Source: a virus (Duplodnaviria > Caudoviricetes). Taken from it: a DNA stretch of 48,854 nt. The stretch spans positions 1-48,854 of IMG/VR virus record IMGVR_UViG_3300049828_000271; one strand, given 5' to 3'. Positions 18,551 to 27,521 of the stretch are shown here, piece after piece. A program made the position numbers and the translations under genes. The notes beneath the pieces were generated by a model, which was not told where the DNA came from, did not search any database, and saw only the letters and a list, made by a program, of their open reading frames with translations. Numbering within the stretch: position 1 is the first letter of the stretch; each line of letters opens with the position of its first letter.

Positions 18551-20605
18551 TTATACCGCAGAAACTCTTACGTCAATTGCGGCTGGATCGGTTGCATCCA
18601 GTGTAAGAATTGCGTTGCGAGTCGTAGAAAAGACATTCGTGTTTGGCTGCGCTTTGAAAACCATCGTACCAAACGGATCATTAACCATGGTTGGCATGAA
18701 GCTATTTAGTTCCAAATAGCCTTCGTCATAGTAAATGGTTCCTGCGTTGGTGGAAATGATTCTCTTCAAAGAATTCTGGTCGTAATAGAAGATTCGAAGC
18801 AATCCCTTCTTGCCTTGTAGAACGCACTTGAGTTTTGCGCCAGAACCCGAACCACCTGAAATGGTCGCAACCGCAGTCGAATATCCCGAACCTGCATTAG
18901 TGACGACAATGCTCTTGACCTTGCCGTTCACGATGATTGCAGTCGCTTGCGCACCGGTTCCATCACCTTCGATTGCCACGGAAGGAATTTCGGTATAGTT
19001 GTCGCCCGTTGCAACCACTTCGATTGAGTCCACACCTGTAAAGGACTGAGGGACTTCCTCAATAAAGGCATTGCGCTCGACATTGAATTCGTCAATGTAA
19101 CCGAACGATGGCTCGGAATATAGACGGTCCAGAGCAGTTCCTTTCTTGATCGGCACGTAAAAGTCTAATTTGTAGGACTTGGACTGATTGATCAACGGGC
19201 GGAATCTCTTCTCAATGACGACTCTGACTGAGTTGTTTTCAATGGAAGGGTCTGCGTCATCAATGGCTCGCGAGAGCTTGCTCATCTTAAAGGTGTTGTT
19301 GAACGTGTTCAAATATGAATTAGAGAAATCCACGATGGCTGAGTACACTGCGGTCTGAATACCGCCTGCGGTCTTGGTGGTCTTACGAGGATCATAGACC
19401 ACATCGACCACAAAGTTCATGTAGTTGTAATCAGGAGCGACGTATTCGGGAGTGACCGTCAAAACCGAAATGGGCGCAAGAACGTTGTCCTTCATGTGCT
19501 GAATCTCGGACTGCGTAACTTCATAGTTGCCGCGAGGCTTGCAAGAAAAGAAAATCTTGCCATAGACGGGCGGAACGTTTTCTTCGCCACCCCAGACAGC
19601 CACGGAGTCAAAGTATGGATAGTTGCGATTGATCAGCGCAATGTAATCGTTCTTAGTGACTGCGCGATTCTGGGCAATGAAGCTCTTGGGCGCAGTGAAC
19701 TTGATCTGATCCGTCGTTTCCGCAGCCGTTCCCGCAGAGCTTTCCGTGACCAGTTCGATGCTGACAGTGGCTCCCGGCATCGGATTGTCGGAAAGAGTGA
19801 AGATTCGAATGCCGTTGGCTGGATTGCCAGAAGTCACGACATAAGAGACAATCACGATGTTACCATTTTCCAGAGCCTTGCCCAGAATGTCGTCGCCAAA
19901 GGAAATCTGATACTTGCCGAGGCGATTTTCTTCTAGGTAATAGACTGGCGCAGAGGAAATGACCGAGGTTGAATCCGTAGCCAGTTCAAAGGTTTCTAGA
20001 GAGAAATTGTTGACACTCTTCTGGATTTGTACCGTCAGAGTCGAAGTATCAATGCCCGTATCTGGCAGGACGAAAACCTGCTTCTCATTGGTCTGGCTAC
20101 TGTAGTTGAAGACATAAGAGACAGGATTACCTTCCTTGATCTGGACGTTTTCGAAGACAAAGAATCCGTTGGCATCCTTTGTGATCACACGTTGCTCGAC
20201 CGAAACGAAGGTGTAGGCTTGCCCGTCTTTTGGAGTTGAAGTGAACTTAGTAAACTTCGGCAGCGTCATGGCTGAGTTCGAACCACCCGAAACTTCCTCA
20301 AAGGAAACGTTTAGAGTGGCTTGTGACGCAACTCGCGATCTTGGGCAATACCCCAATAATTTTGCGTGACTCACAACACTTTGTCTTAGTTGCGCAGAAT
20401 CTAGGAACATTTCGTTCGCGAGCATGTTCATGTAGTAAGCAGAATAATGAGTGTTATACGCAAGCACATCTAACAGAACTGACAAGCCAGAACCATCAAA
20501 ATTATAATCTGAAAACTCTTCTTGCGACTGCATAAAAGTTTTGAGATTCTGTTTGATTGTGTCAAAATCAAGTTCAGTGATTTTTAGGGGTGGGTGGTTA
20601 CTCAT
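18551..20605 (-). CDS. gp6: Baseplate wedge subunit gp6
   Basis: LDFDTIKQNLK, LLDVLAYNTHY..YY.NM.ANEMFLDSA, QNRAVTKNDY and WGGEENVPPVYGKIF motifs. Confidence 0.95.
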   Translation of the reverse strand: MSNHPPLKITELDFDTIKQNLKTFMQSQEEFSDYNFDGSGLSVLLDVLAYNTHYSAYYMNMLANEMFLDSAQLRQSVVSHAKLLGYCPRSRVASQATLNVSFEEVSGGSNSAMTLPKFTKFTSTPKDGQAYTFVSVEQRVITKDANGFFVFENVQIKEGNPVSYVFNYSSQTNEKQVFVLPDTGIDTSTLTVQIQKSVNNFSLETFELATDSTSVISSAPVYYLEENRLGKYQISFGDDILGKALENGNIVIVSYVVTSGNPANGIRIFTLSDNPMPGATVSIELVTESSAGTAAETTDQIKFTAPKSFIAQNRAVTKNDYIALINRNYPYFDSVAVWGGEENVPPVYGKIFFSCKPRGNYEVTQSEIQHMKDNVLAPISVLTVTPEYVAPDYNYMNFVVDVVYDPRKTTKTAGGIQTAVYSAIVDFSNSYLNTFNNTFKMSKLSRAIDDADPSIENNSVRVVIEKRFRPLINQSKSYKLDFYVPIKKGTALDRLYSEPSFGYIDEFNVERNAFIEEVPQSFTGVDSIEVVATGDNYTEIPSVAIEGDGTGAQATAIIVNGKVKSIVVTNAGSGYSTAVATISGGSGSGAKLKCVLQGKKGLLRIFYYDQNSLKRIISTNAGTIYYDEGYLELNSFMPTMVNDPFGTMVFKAQPNTNVFSTTRNAILTLDATDPAAIDVRVSAV

Positions 20606-21171
20606 GCTGCTTCTATCCTATATCCGTAGATTGACGTTCGCTTTCCGTTTGCGACGTTCTGAACTGAGCCGTGGTTGAGTCCGACTTCCTTTGACCATTT
20701 TGAAAGATTCTTGATGATCATTTGCTCGCCGCTTGGGGTTGTGACCTTATACGACTTAGCGTTGATATCTGGCGCATTCTTTATGTTTCCGTTGGCGCGA
20801 TTGAAACGCATTCTTTCTGCGCTCGCTGCTCTACGTCCAGAGTCTTCCCAAGTTTTGCGCATTTTTGCTTTGGTTTCTTCTGTATACTTGCGACCGGTTT
20901 GCCGTTCGATCAATTTTTGCTTTCGTTCATCAGTCCACGATGCTGATGCTGCGACAAACCATTCCGGTGAGTATCGTGCGCGTTTCCACGCTTCTTCCTT
21001 ACTTATTTGTCCCGACAAAGTTCGCCACGCGATTTCATCGTAAGTGTTGCCATGATCTTCCCATAGCTTACGATGAGCTTCGGCATGTTCTTCAACTGTA
21101 AGCTCAATTAGGTTTTCTGGGTCGTCGATGCCACCCATATGCCTTGGAACGATATGATGCCAATGCTTCAT
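20602..21171 (-). mobile_element. Freestanding HNH homing endonuclease with NUMOD3-like DNA-binding repeats
   Basis: HHIVPRHMGG.DDPENLIELTVEEHAEAH nuclease motif, GRKYTEETKAKMR, and a C-terminal HTH-like region; ATGA overlaps on both sides. Confidence 0.85.
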
Positions 21172-21326
21172 GATTGTCCGATTTTCCTGCTTGCGCGTTT
21201 CTGGAAGGTCTTATGCCCAGAAGTCGTCGCTTTCTTGACGGTCGTTTCCGGTTTCTTGGTCTTTGGCAGCAAAGGCTTGCCCTGATACATCAAGCCTTCT
21301 AGTCTAAGTTGTCTGAATGTTTTCAT
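21168..21326 (-). CDS. 52-aa basic protein with a T4 internal-protein-like capsid-targeting N-terminus
   Basis: MKTFRQLRLEGLMYQGKPLLPKTKKPETTVKKATTSGHKTFQKRASRKIGQS; TAATG overlap with gp25 and ATGA overlap with the HNH gene. Confidence 0.65.
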   Translation of the reverse strand: MKTFRQLRLEGLMYQGKPLLPKTKKPETTVKKATTSGHKTFQKRASRKIGQS

Positions 21327-21718
21327 TATCTGATCCTTTCAAGGAAAAGTTCGATGGTGATGGGATTGGCTTGATTGACGATAAAGAAGGAAATCGAACA
21401 AGAGTAACCGTTACCGTCATAGTCAGGAGTCACGTTCACCTCAGTAAGTGATACGCGAGGTTCGTACTTGTTGATGACCGCTTTCACTTCGTTGCTGATG
21501 GCTGACGCAGTAATGTTGTCCAACGGTTGAAACAATTGCTGCTTCAAATTAGAGTAAATGTCGGGCTGCATCAGCCGCTCGTACTTACCCGTACTCAGAA
21601 GATTCTTGAGCGACTGAATAATGGACGCATCGCCAATCTTCTTTGCTACGTCCCCGGTCACAGGATGCGGTAGAAAGTTCATGTCGATATCGCGGAATTG
21701 TCGCTGTTGAATTGCCAT
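21326..21718 (-). CDS. gp25: Baseplate wedge subunit gp25
   Basis: FRDIDMNFLPHPVTGD, I.QSLKNLL.T...ER..QP and INKYEPRV motifs. Confidence 0.9.
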   Translation of the reverse strand: MAIQQRQFRDIDMNFLPHPVTGDVAKKIGDASIIQSLKNLLSTGKYERLMQPDIYSNLKQQLFQPLDNITASAISNEVKAVINKYEPRVSLTEVNVTPDYDGNGYSCSISFFIVNQANPITIELFLERIR

Positions 21719-23386
21719 TTATTGCTCGTTGTAAAGTGCTGCGGCTGTAACGCTATTTAGTGTTGTCTGCGTATTGCTTGTCGAATCCGGGTTATTGATG
21801 ACCGTCAAATCGTAGCCAATGTCCAGAGCTTCGATCAGTTTCCGTAGCTCGACAAACTTATTGTAATCATAGTCGATCTGTGCTTGAATGTTCGAACAAT
21901 GAATGCGAAAGTTGGCGGCTGCGGAAATCAGCGCAGCTTGCTTCGTTCCGGTCGAAAAAGCTAGAAAGGAACCCGAGGCTAACGTCGAAAGAGCGTCAGT
22001 GAAAAGTCTGGAAAGATTTGCGACCAAATCACCCCGAACAAGAGAACCCGATTGCAACGCAACATAGTCCACATTGTCGTTCAGAATGGCTTGTAAAGCC
22101 TGATGCTGTAGAATAATCTTTTGTTGGGAAACGTCTGTCTTTGCGGCTGACTGTTTTGCGGCTGAAAGTCTTGTGCCATGGACGACAAAGTACGTGTTGG
22201 AAACGGTCGTCGTGGCTAGAACCTCGACGTTACTGTTAGCCAGTTGTGTCGAAAAAGTAACAAACTGCGCGACTGTGTTGACCAATCGTGTCGAAACGAC
22301 ATTGGTTGTGATCGAATCGTGCAGGACGATTACATCGTTGACCTGATGCGAGCGATCCGTGGCTGTTCCCGATGCTTGAATCAAATAGCGTCCTGATCGA
22401 AAGTGTTTTGCGTCAAAGGAGAAGATCACGGAAGGACCGCCCGAAAAGTCGTTGACATAAAAGAACTCTGTCATGGACTCATTGGTATTAGAGGCTGATG
22501 GAGACTCTCCATCCAGAATCAGTCCAGAAAGTCGATCCGTATGGTCCTTGAATAATTCCAGTTGGGAAACGCATCCTGCGTTGCCGTCGATACCACCCAG
22601 AGCCATTCGAAACGTCTTGTATTCCGCAGCCAATGCACCATCGGCTGACACACCGGACAGGGCTGTGTTCAGATTGGCAAAATTGTTCTCGGTATGATAG
22701 CGAATCGTCGTGAGTGTTCCGTCAATCAAATCAGCCAACGGATTGTGCGTAAAGGTGGCTAAACCGTCTTCCAGTCCACCGACATTGGCTGCGGCTGTCA
22801 TAGCCAGTTCGATCATTGCATTGGAGAGATAAGGCGCAGTCTCGTTTTGTAGTTCTGCGAGCGTTTCCTCCAACACCACATCAGCCTCGTTTTCTTCGAA
22901 AATGGCATCGACTTCTTCCTCGTCCGAAGTCAGCGAAGAGAGTACGTTAGCGTCATAGATCACGTTGGAAGTCGAAACACCAGTGAAGCCAATATTGCCG
23001 CTGCCTACGTTCGTTACGGTTCCGGTGTTAGAAGTCGTCAGATTGGCTGTAATGATCACGGTCGTCGTCAATGGATAGAGTTTCTTAGCCTGTTGCAGAT
23101 AGGACTCTTGCTCCTTACCCTTCTTTGGCGGCAGCAACGAATCGGTCAACGAGACATAGACACCCGCAGATGTTCCACGCGAAACAATTTCGGCATTGGT
23201 GTTCTGAATCTCTAATTGAAGTGAGGGTTCCAGATTGAGAATCTCACCGGACAACCCGTTCATTTCGTCTTCGAATTCCCATACGTCAGACGCGACCAAA
23301 CCACCGCGAATGGTTTCCATGGTGTCGAGCATAACGTGTTGAGCTTGTCTAGCCTGTAGATAGACAGGAGATACTGTGGTTTTCAT
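21719..23386 (-). CDS. Hypothetical virion-associated protein between gp5 and gp25
   Basis: 555-aa ORF coupled to both neighbours; contains a F....FRSGRYLIQ......HQ....IVLHD beta module of the kind seen in large-myophage fibre proteins. Confidence 0.6.
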   Translation of the reverse strand: MKTTVSPVYLQARQAQHVMLDTMETIRGGLVASDVWEFEDEMNGLSGEILNLEPSLQLEIQNTNAEIVSRGTSAGVYVSLTDSLLPPKKGKEQESYLQQAKKLYPLTTTVIITANLTTSNTGTVTNVGSGNIGFTGVSTSNVIYDANVLSSLTSDEEEVDAIFEENEADVVLEETLAELQNETAPYLSNAMIELAMTAAANVGGLEDGLATFTHNPLADLIDGTLTTIRYHTENNFANLNTALSGVSADGALAAEYKTFRMALGGIDGNAGCVSQLELFKDHTDRLSGLILDGESPSASNTNESMTEFFYVNDFSGGPSVIFSFDAKHFRSGRYLIQASGTATDRSHQVNDVIVLHDSITTNVVSTRLVNTVAQFVTFSTQLANSNVEVLATTTVSNTYFVVHGTRLSAAKQSAAKTDVSQQKIILQHQALQAILNDNVDYVALQSGSLVRGDLVANLSRLFTDALSTLASGSFLAFSTGTKQAALISAAANFRIHCSNIQAQIDYDYNKFVELRKLIEALDIGYDLTVINNPDSTSNTQTTLNSVTAAALYNEQ

Positions 23387-24426
23387 GAGGGTGTCTTCAG
23401 TCCTGTGTTGGAAGGTGACGCGGCTTTGCCAGTCGGCAATATCTTACCAATGCCATGCTTTGTCTTGACCTTATTGGAAACGTTGCCTGCGAGCTTAACG
23501 GACTTACCCGAAACAGTCGTTGACTTACCTTTCAGGGAGAGTGATCCACCCGAACCGACTTTCATTGCGCCCGACGCCTTCACATCGGTCGTCGCGCCAG
23601 ACTCTAATTTCAATTTACCGCCTGCTTTGATCTTCACATCCCCAGACGCATTGAGCGTAATGGTCTTAGCCTCCGCAGCCAGAACACCGGAAACCTTTAG
23701 AGAGCAATTGCCCTTGACTGTCACGTTACAGTTGCCGTCGATCACCACATAGTCCGAACCCGCAATGATCGTGTAAGAGTCCTTGACGATCTTCTGGACT
23801 CTATTGCCTGCGGCATCCCATTCAATAAAGCTGCCATTCTTGTGCGCTAGATGAACACGCTCGCTGCCCTCAGTGTCGTCCAGTTCGAACGCATGACCAC
23901 TCTCTGACTCAATAGAGAAATTGAAAGGATATTGCGGTGCGAACGACGACTCAGGCTCATCCCATGACACTCCAATGCCTTTCACGCCGGTCACTCGCGA
24001 GCGGGATCGTGTCTCATGGACCGTGCCATCCGTTCGCCCACGAATGAACCGATTGAGTGTGGACTCGTTGATGCGCTTTGGATAGATGCCTGCGGGGTCA
24101 TGAAAGCCTAAATCACGTTTTGCAGGCTCTTTTGGTGAGCCTGTCAGTACACCTAGTATGACTGGTTGTTGGGCTGACTCTCCATCTAGGAAGAATCCCA
24201 CGCACCAGTCGCCTTCCTTGGGGGTATAAGAGGATGGCACATTAGCAGAGTGTACCGGATGCGCCCATGGCAATGCATCGGTAGGAATTAAAGTTTTGTC
24301 CTCTGTGTGCCATCCAAAACAACGGACACGCACTCGTCCTAACTGGTCAGGGTCGAGCCTGTCTTCGACCACACCTAACCACCAGACGAAGCCTTCGCGT
24401 CCTATTGAGTATCGTAGATTATCCAT
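23383..24426 (-). CDS. gp5: Baseplate hub/spike gp5 without a lysozyme domain
   Basis: FVWWLGVVEDRLDP..LGRVRVRCFGWH...LPWA OB fold, YP.N...ESESGH.FELDDT.G.ER, then Val/Gly beta-helix repeats. Confidence 0.9.
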   Translation of the reverse strand: MDNLRYSIGREGFVWWLGVVEDRLDPDQLGRVRVRCFGWHTEDKTLIPTDALPWAHPVHSANVPSSYTPKEGDWCVGFFLDGESAQQPVILGVLTGSPKEPAKRDLGFHDPAGIYPKRINESTLNRFIRGRTDGTVHETRSRSRVTGVKGIGVSWDEPESSFAPQYPFNFSIESESGHAFELDDTEGSERVHLAHKNGSFIEWDAAGNRVQKIVKDSYTIIAGSDYVVIDGNCNVTVKGNCSLKVSGVLAAEAKTITLNASGDVKIKAGGKLKLESGATTDVKASGAMKVGSGGSLSLKGKSTTVSGKSVKLAGNVSNKVKTKHGIGKILPTGKAASPSNTGLKTPS

Positions 24427-25744
24427 TGTTTAGTTTCCTGATCTTGTCGGGTAGAGTAGTGTCCGATGCAGGCAGACTTTCAGGCTGTGAGTCGCGAGCC
24501 ACCATACAAATAGTCTGATATCTCTGATTGAGCATATCAATCTTGTGATTGACTGCAACCACCAGATACAATCCAGATCGAAGCTTATCAACCTGATCCT
24601 GTGAATCATTAGGCGTAACAGCCTTTGGATATACTATCTCTATCAATTTACCCACCTGTACACGTATGCTACCCGGCAGCACCAACTCAGTGAGTGTATT
24701 GTTCAGTGCAGCCAATGACATGATTCTTTTTACCCATTCGCGTGTACCCATTTGTTTCTCACTGGACGTAGCCGCACGATCAAGGTAGGTGAGATAATGT
24801 GCAGTGCTATCCTCTTTCAATAGCAGCGGATCAGAAGAAGAGGGTGGCTTATTCGTGTACAACGATTTGTTGGTGTTTAAATTATATTTGGTTGTAGTGT
24901 ACGTTCTGTAATACGGGTCCAAGCCCAACAATCCCATGGTGTACATGCCCGAGGATATACCCGAAAGCACATCAAACTCTTTCATTCCTGTGACTGAATC
25001 AATGGAGAACTTATCAGACTTGAGTGACTTCTCAATACTCTTATTCTGAAAGACATAAGCCTCTGAAATGGGTGGAGCTTCTTTGTATAGAGATTGAATA
25101 GCCCTGAAATTGAATCCATCCAGATTTTCATAAAAGAAATAGGCTGAGTCTTCATTTGTATAAGCCCGAGAGGTTAGCCAATTGAGAGCTTCCAATGGTC
25201 TTTTATTTGGAATCACGATATCGAATGGAATGGTGGTTTCATCCACCTTTATTCTTTTATCTGGAATCTTTAGATAAGTTTTCAACACATCCTTGACGAT
25301 GGATGATATCGGCTGATTCTTGTAAGCCTTGGATATGCGTGAGTTCTGAGATAACACCATTTCATCAGACACCAGATAAATGATATAACGTTGGGCTGAA
25401 TTCTGAATATTGTCTCTATTGCTGATCTTATACACCCTGAATGCTTTCTTTATTAAGAGCTTTTGTTCTGGCTCTCTGATCTGAAAATAGACATATTCGT
25501 TGCCATGAAACTTAACATCAGAGTATAAGCCAATGGCATCCTGTATCATGATTTCGGCACTCATGAATCCAAGATAGATATCCTGCCTCAACTGCAACTC
25601 CATGACCATTGCAGTAATATCTACGGTCACGCCTTGGGATGAGATGAGGGATATACTTTCTACGCGAAAGTCCCGGCTATCAACCTGTTTATTGGTTGGC
25701 AGGGGTTGTGTAGTAACTCTAATCTCTTCTAGTTCAGTTTCCAT
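24419..25744 (-). CDS. Baseplate hub protein (gp27-like)
   Basis: Lies between gp53 and gp5; RISKAY, YFFYENLDGFNF and PG....VG...SGLYLV.AVNH motifs. Confidence 0.7.
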   Translation of the reverse strand: METELEEIRVTTQPLPTNKQVDSRDFRVESISLISSQGVTVDITAMVMELQLRQDIYLGFMSAEIMIQDAIGLYSDVKFHGNEYVYFQIREPEQKLLIKKAFRVYKISNRDNIQNSAQRYIIYLVSDEMVLSQNSRISKAYKNQPISSIVKDVLKTYLKIPDKRIKVDETTIPFDIVIPNKRPLEALNWLTSRAYTNEDSAYFFYENLDGFNFRAIQSLYKEAPPISEAYVFQNKSIEKSLKSDKFSIDSVTGMKEFDVLSGISSGMYTMGLLGLDPYYRTYTTTKYNLNTNKSLYTNKPPSSSDPLLLKEDSTAHYLTYLDRAATSSEKQMGTREWVKRIMSLAALNNTLTELVLPGSIRVQVGKLIEIVYPKAVTPNDSQDQVDKLRSGLYLVVAVNHKIDMLNQRYQTICMVARDSQPESLPASDTTLPDKIRKLNNG

Positions 25745-26429
25745 CAGCCATCAGCCTCTTGAACTCACTTTCAACTCTCAATACATAGTCTTTGTCCAGA
25801 AGTTTAATACTCCTGCGCTTCTCGTTTTCTTCGACTTCATACGTATAATTGGAGACTGCACAGATTTTGTATGTGGTTTGAACCGTAATACCGTCTGCGA
25901 ATGTGTCAGTATGATTGTCATACTCAATACAGGTGTCTACTGAGGGTAATGGTGACTCACCAATTGTGCGAGGCACTGCAAAGCCTGTGGTTGAGCTTTG
26001 TACCCATGCTGAAACCTGAACCACATCCTCGGATTTACTCTGAGGCATATCATTGAACAGCACAGTGCGAGTGATTCGCTGTTCATAGTGGTGTATGGTG
26101 ATCATGGATTCTTCCAGAGTGCTGTCATACTTGGCTGTAATCCTATCATTGAGTTGTTCCTGAATCAACGGGAAATCATAGAAAGGATTGGATAGCCTAT
26201 TGAATAGCAGGACAATCCAGAATCGTCCTACATCACCATAGAGCTTGTCTGCAATGACTTCGGGCGTTTCTCCATCCTTGATCTGATATTCATAGAAGAC
26301 GGCTGTGTTCTCCACAATCTCCCGAAGAAATGCAGAACGAGTGAGAATGTTGGTGAGAACAACATTATATTGATTGGTGTTATTTTGCAGGTCACTATAT
26401 TCTACCAACGGAAGTGTATTGAAGTACAT
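25734..26429 (-). CDS. gp53: Baseplate wedge subunit gp53
   Basis: MYF..LP.V.Y, LysM-like YQIKDGETPEVIADKLYGD...WIVLLFN and YE.EENEKRRSIKLL. Confidence 0.9.
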   Translation of the reverse strand: MYFNTLPLVEYSDLQNNTNQYNVVLTNILTRSAFLREIVENTAVFYEYQIKDGETPEVIADKLYGDVGRFWIVLLFNRLSNPFYDFPLIQEQLNDRITAKYDSTLEESMITIHHYEQRITRTVLFNDMPQSKSEDVVQVSAWVQSSTTGFAVPRTIGESPLPSVDTCIEYDNHTDTFADGITVQTTYKICAVSNYTYEVEENEKRRSIKLLDKDYVLRVESEFKRLMADGN

Positions 26430-26433
26430 AAGC

Positions 26434-27489
26434 TTAGTATCCCATATCCCGTAGAGTCTTGTGCATTACTTCCAGTTCAACGAATTGCATTGTCATTGTC
26501 ATTTGAACTGGCTTACCGTCTGCAAATGAGGCAAATTGTTCCAGTCCACCGGCATAACTTACGTCAATCTTCTGTAGAACACAGGTTGAAATGAGTGGCA
26601 TAGCCCTGTTCTGTGAGCCAAGATACTTGAATTCAATATCAAAGTATGAAGGTGGAGTGATGTATCGTCCACCACCACCCGTATAGGAAGGTGATGCATG
26701 ATATTTGAATCGTCTGACAATATTCAGACAGGTTTCAGCTTCCTTTTCATTACGTGGAGTCATATTGAATACAAATTGAAATTCACGCATTGCAGTCGAG
26801 CCATAAATCTGTTCAAACTGTGGGTTGATTGCATATCCCTGTGACTGAAAACCCACATCCTTCATGACTTGAGAATCCATACCCAATTTTTTAGTCACAG
26901 CCCCCGTAATGGCTTCAAGTGCGGCTGCATAGGCTGTTGCAGGAAGCGATTTATCAATCTTGAGAGCTTCCATTATGGAACTGCCGCCTTCAACAATAAT
27001 ACCAATCTTACCCATGGCTTCTGTAATTGATTTATTCTGATAATCGTTAGTGACTGTATCTGTCCATGATGCGGCTGGATTATACATGACAATCAGATCA
27101 GATATGTCTGCTCTGCGGGTAAAGTCTACGAGTCTGGAATTGTATTCTTGATTCGTATTGACTTTAGGTGTTGGAAGCCCTGTTATTTTATCCTTGTTAA
27201 TGACTCTGGCAGCTAAACCCGTTGCTCTTTCTCCAACAGAAGATGGCATTGCTGAAGGGGGTTGCCTATTGTCAATTTCAGTAGTGGTTGGTTTAGGTAT
27301 CCAACACTGAAACTCCACCGTATGTGGATATATTTTGTTATCACCCACATCCAAAGGATATCGAAGATTTCCGTGTGTAAAGTTCGTCTTCTTGGTGTCT
27401 GATTCTAATGCTGAGAGTGGACCATAGGTTTTCTTGATGACACCACCAACTTTATTTACGGTATTCTGTACGTCTGAAATGAAGCTCAT
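26434..27489 (-). CDS. gp48: Baseplate tail-tube cap gp48
   Basis: LRYPLD, INPQFEQIY....REFQFVFNMTPRNEKEAE and CVL..IDVSY...F.DG.PV...TMQFVELE. Confidence 0.85.
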   Translation of the reverse strand: MSFISDVQNTVNKVGGVIKKTYGPLSALESDTKKTNFTHGNLRYPLDVGDNKIYPHTVEFQCWIPKPTTTEIDNRQPPSAMPSSVGERATGLAARVINKDKITGLPTPKVNTNQEYNSRLVDFTRRADISDLIVMYNPAASWTDTVTNDYQNKSITEAMGKIGIIVEGGSSIMEALKIDKSLPATAYAAALEAITGAVTKKLGMDSQVMKDVGFQSQGYAINPQFEQIYGSTAMREFQFVFNMTPRNEKEAETCLNIVRRFKYHASPSYTGGGGRYITPPSYFDIEFKYLGSQNRAMPLISTCVLQKIDVSYAGGLEQFASFADGKPVQMTMTMQFVELEVMHKTLRDMGY

Positions 27490-27514
27490 TCTGATTTCCT
27501 ATTAGGTTTGCTGA

Positions 27515-27521
27515 TATTTAG
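27515..27521 (-). promoter_or_regulatory. Putative late promoter CTAAATA upstream of gp48
   Basis: Variant of the T4 late promoter TATAAATA; the same heptamer occurs upstream of gp25 (21754-21760), gp2 and gp4. Confidence 0.55.
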
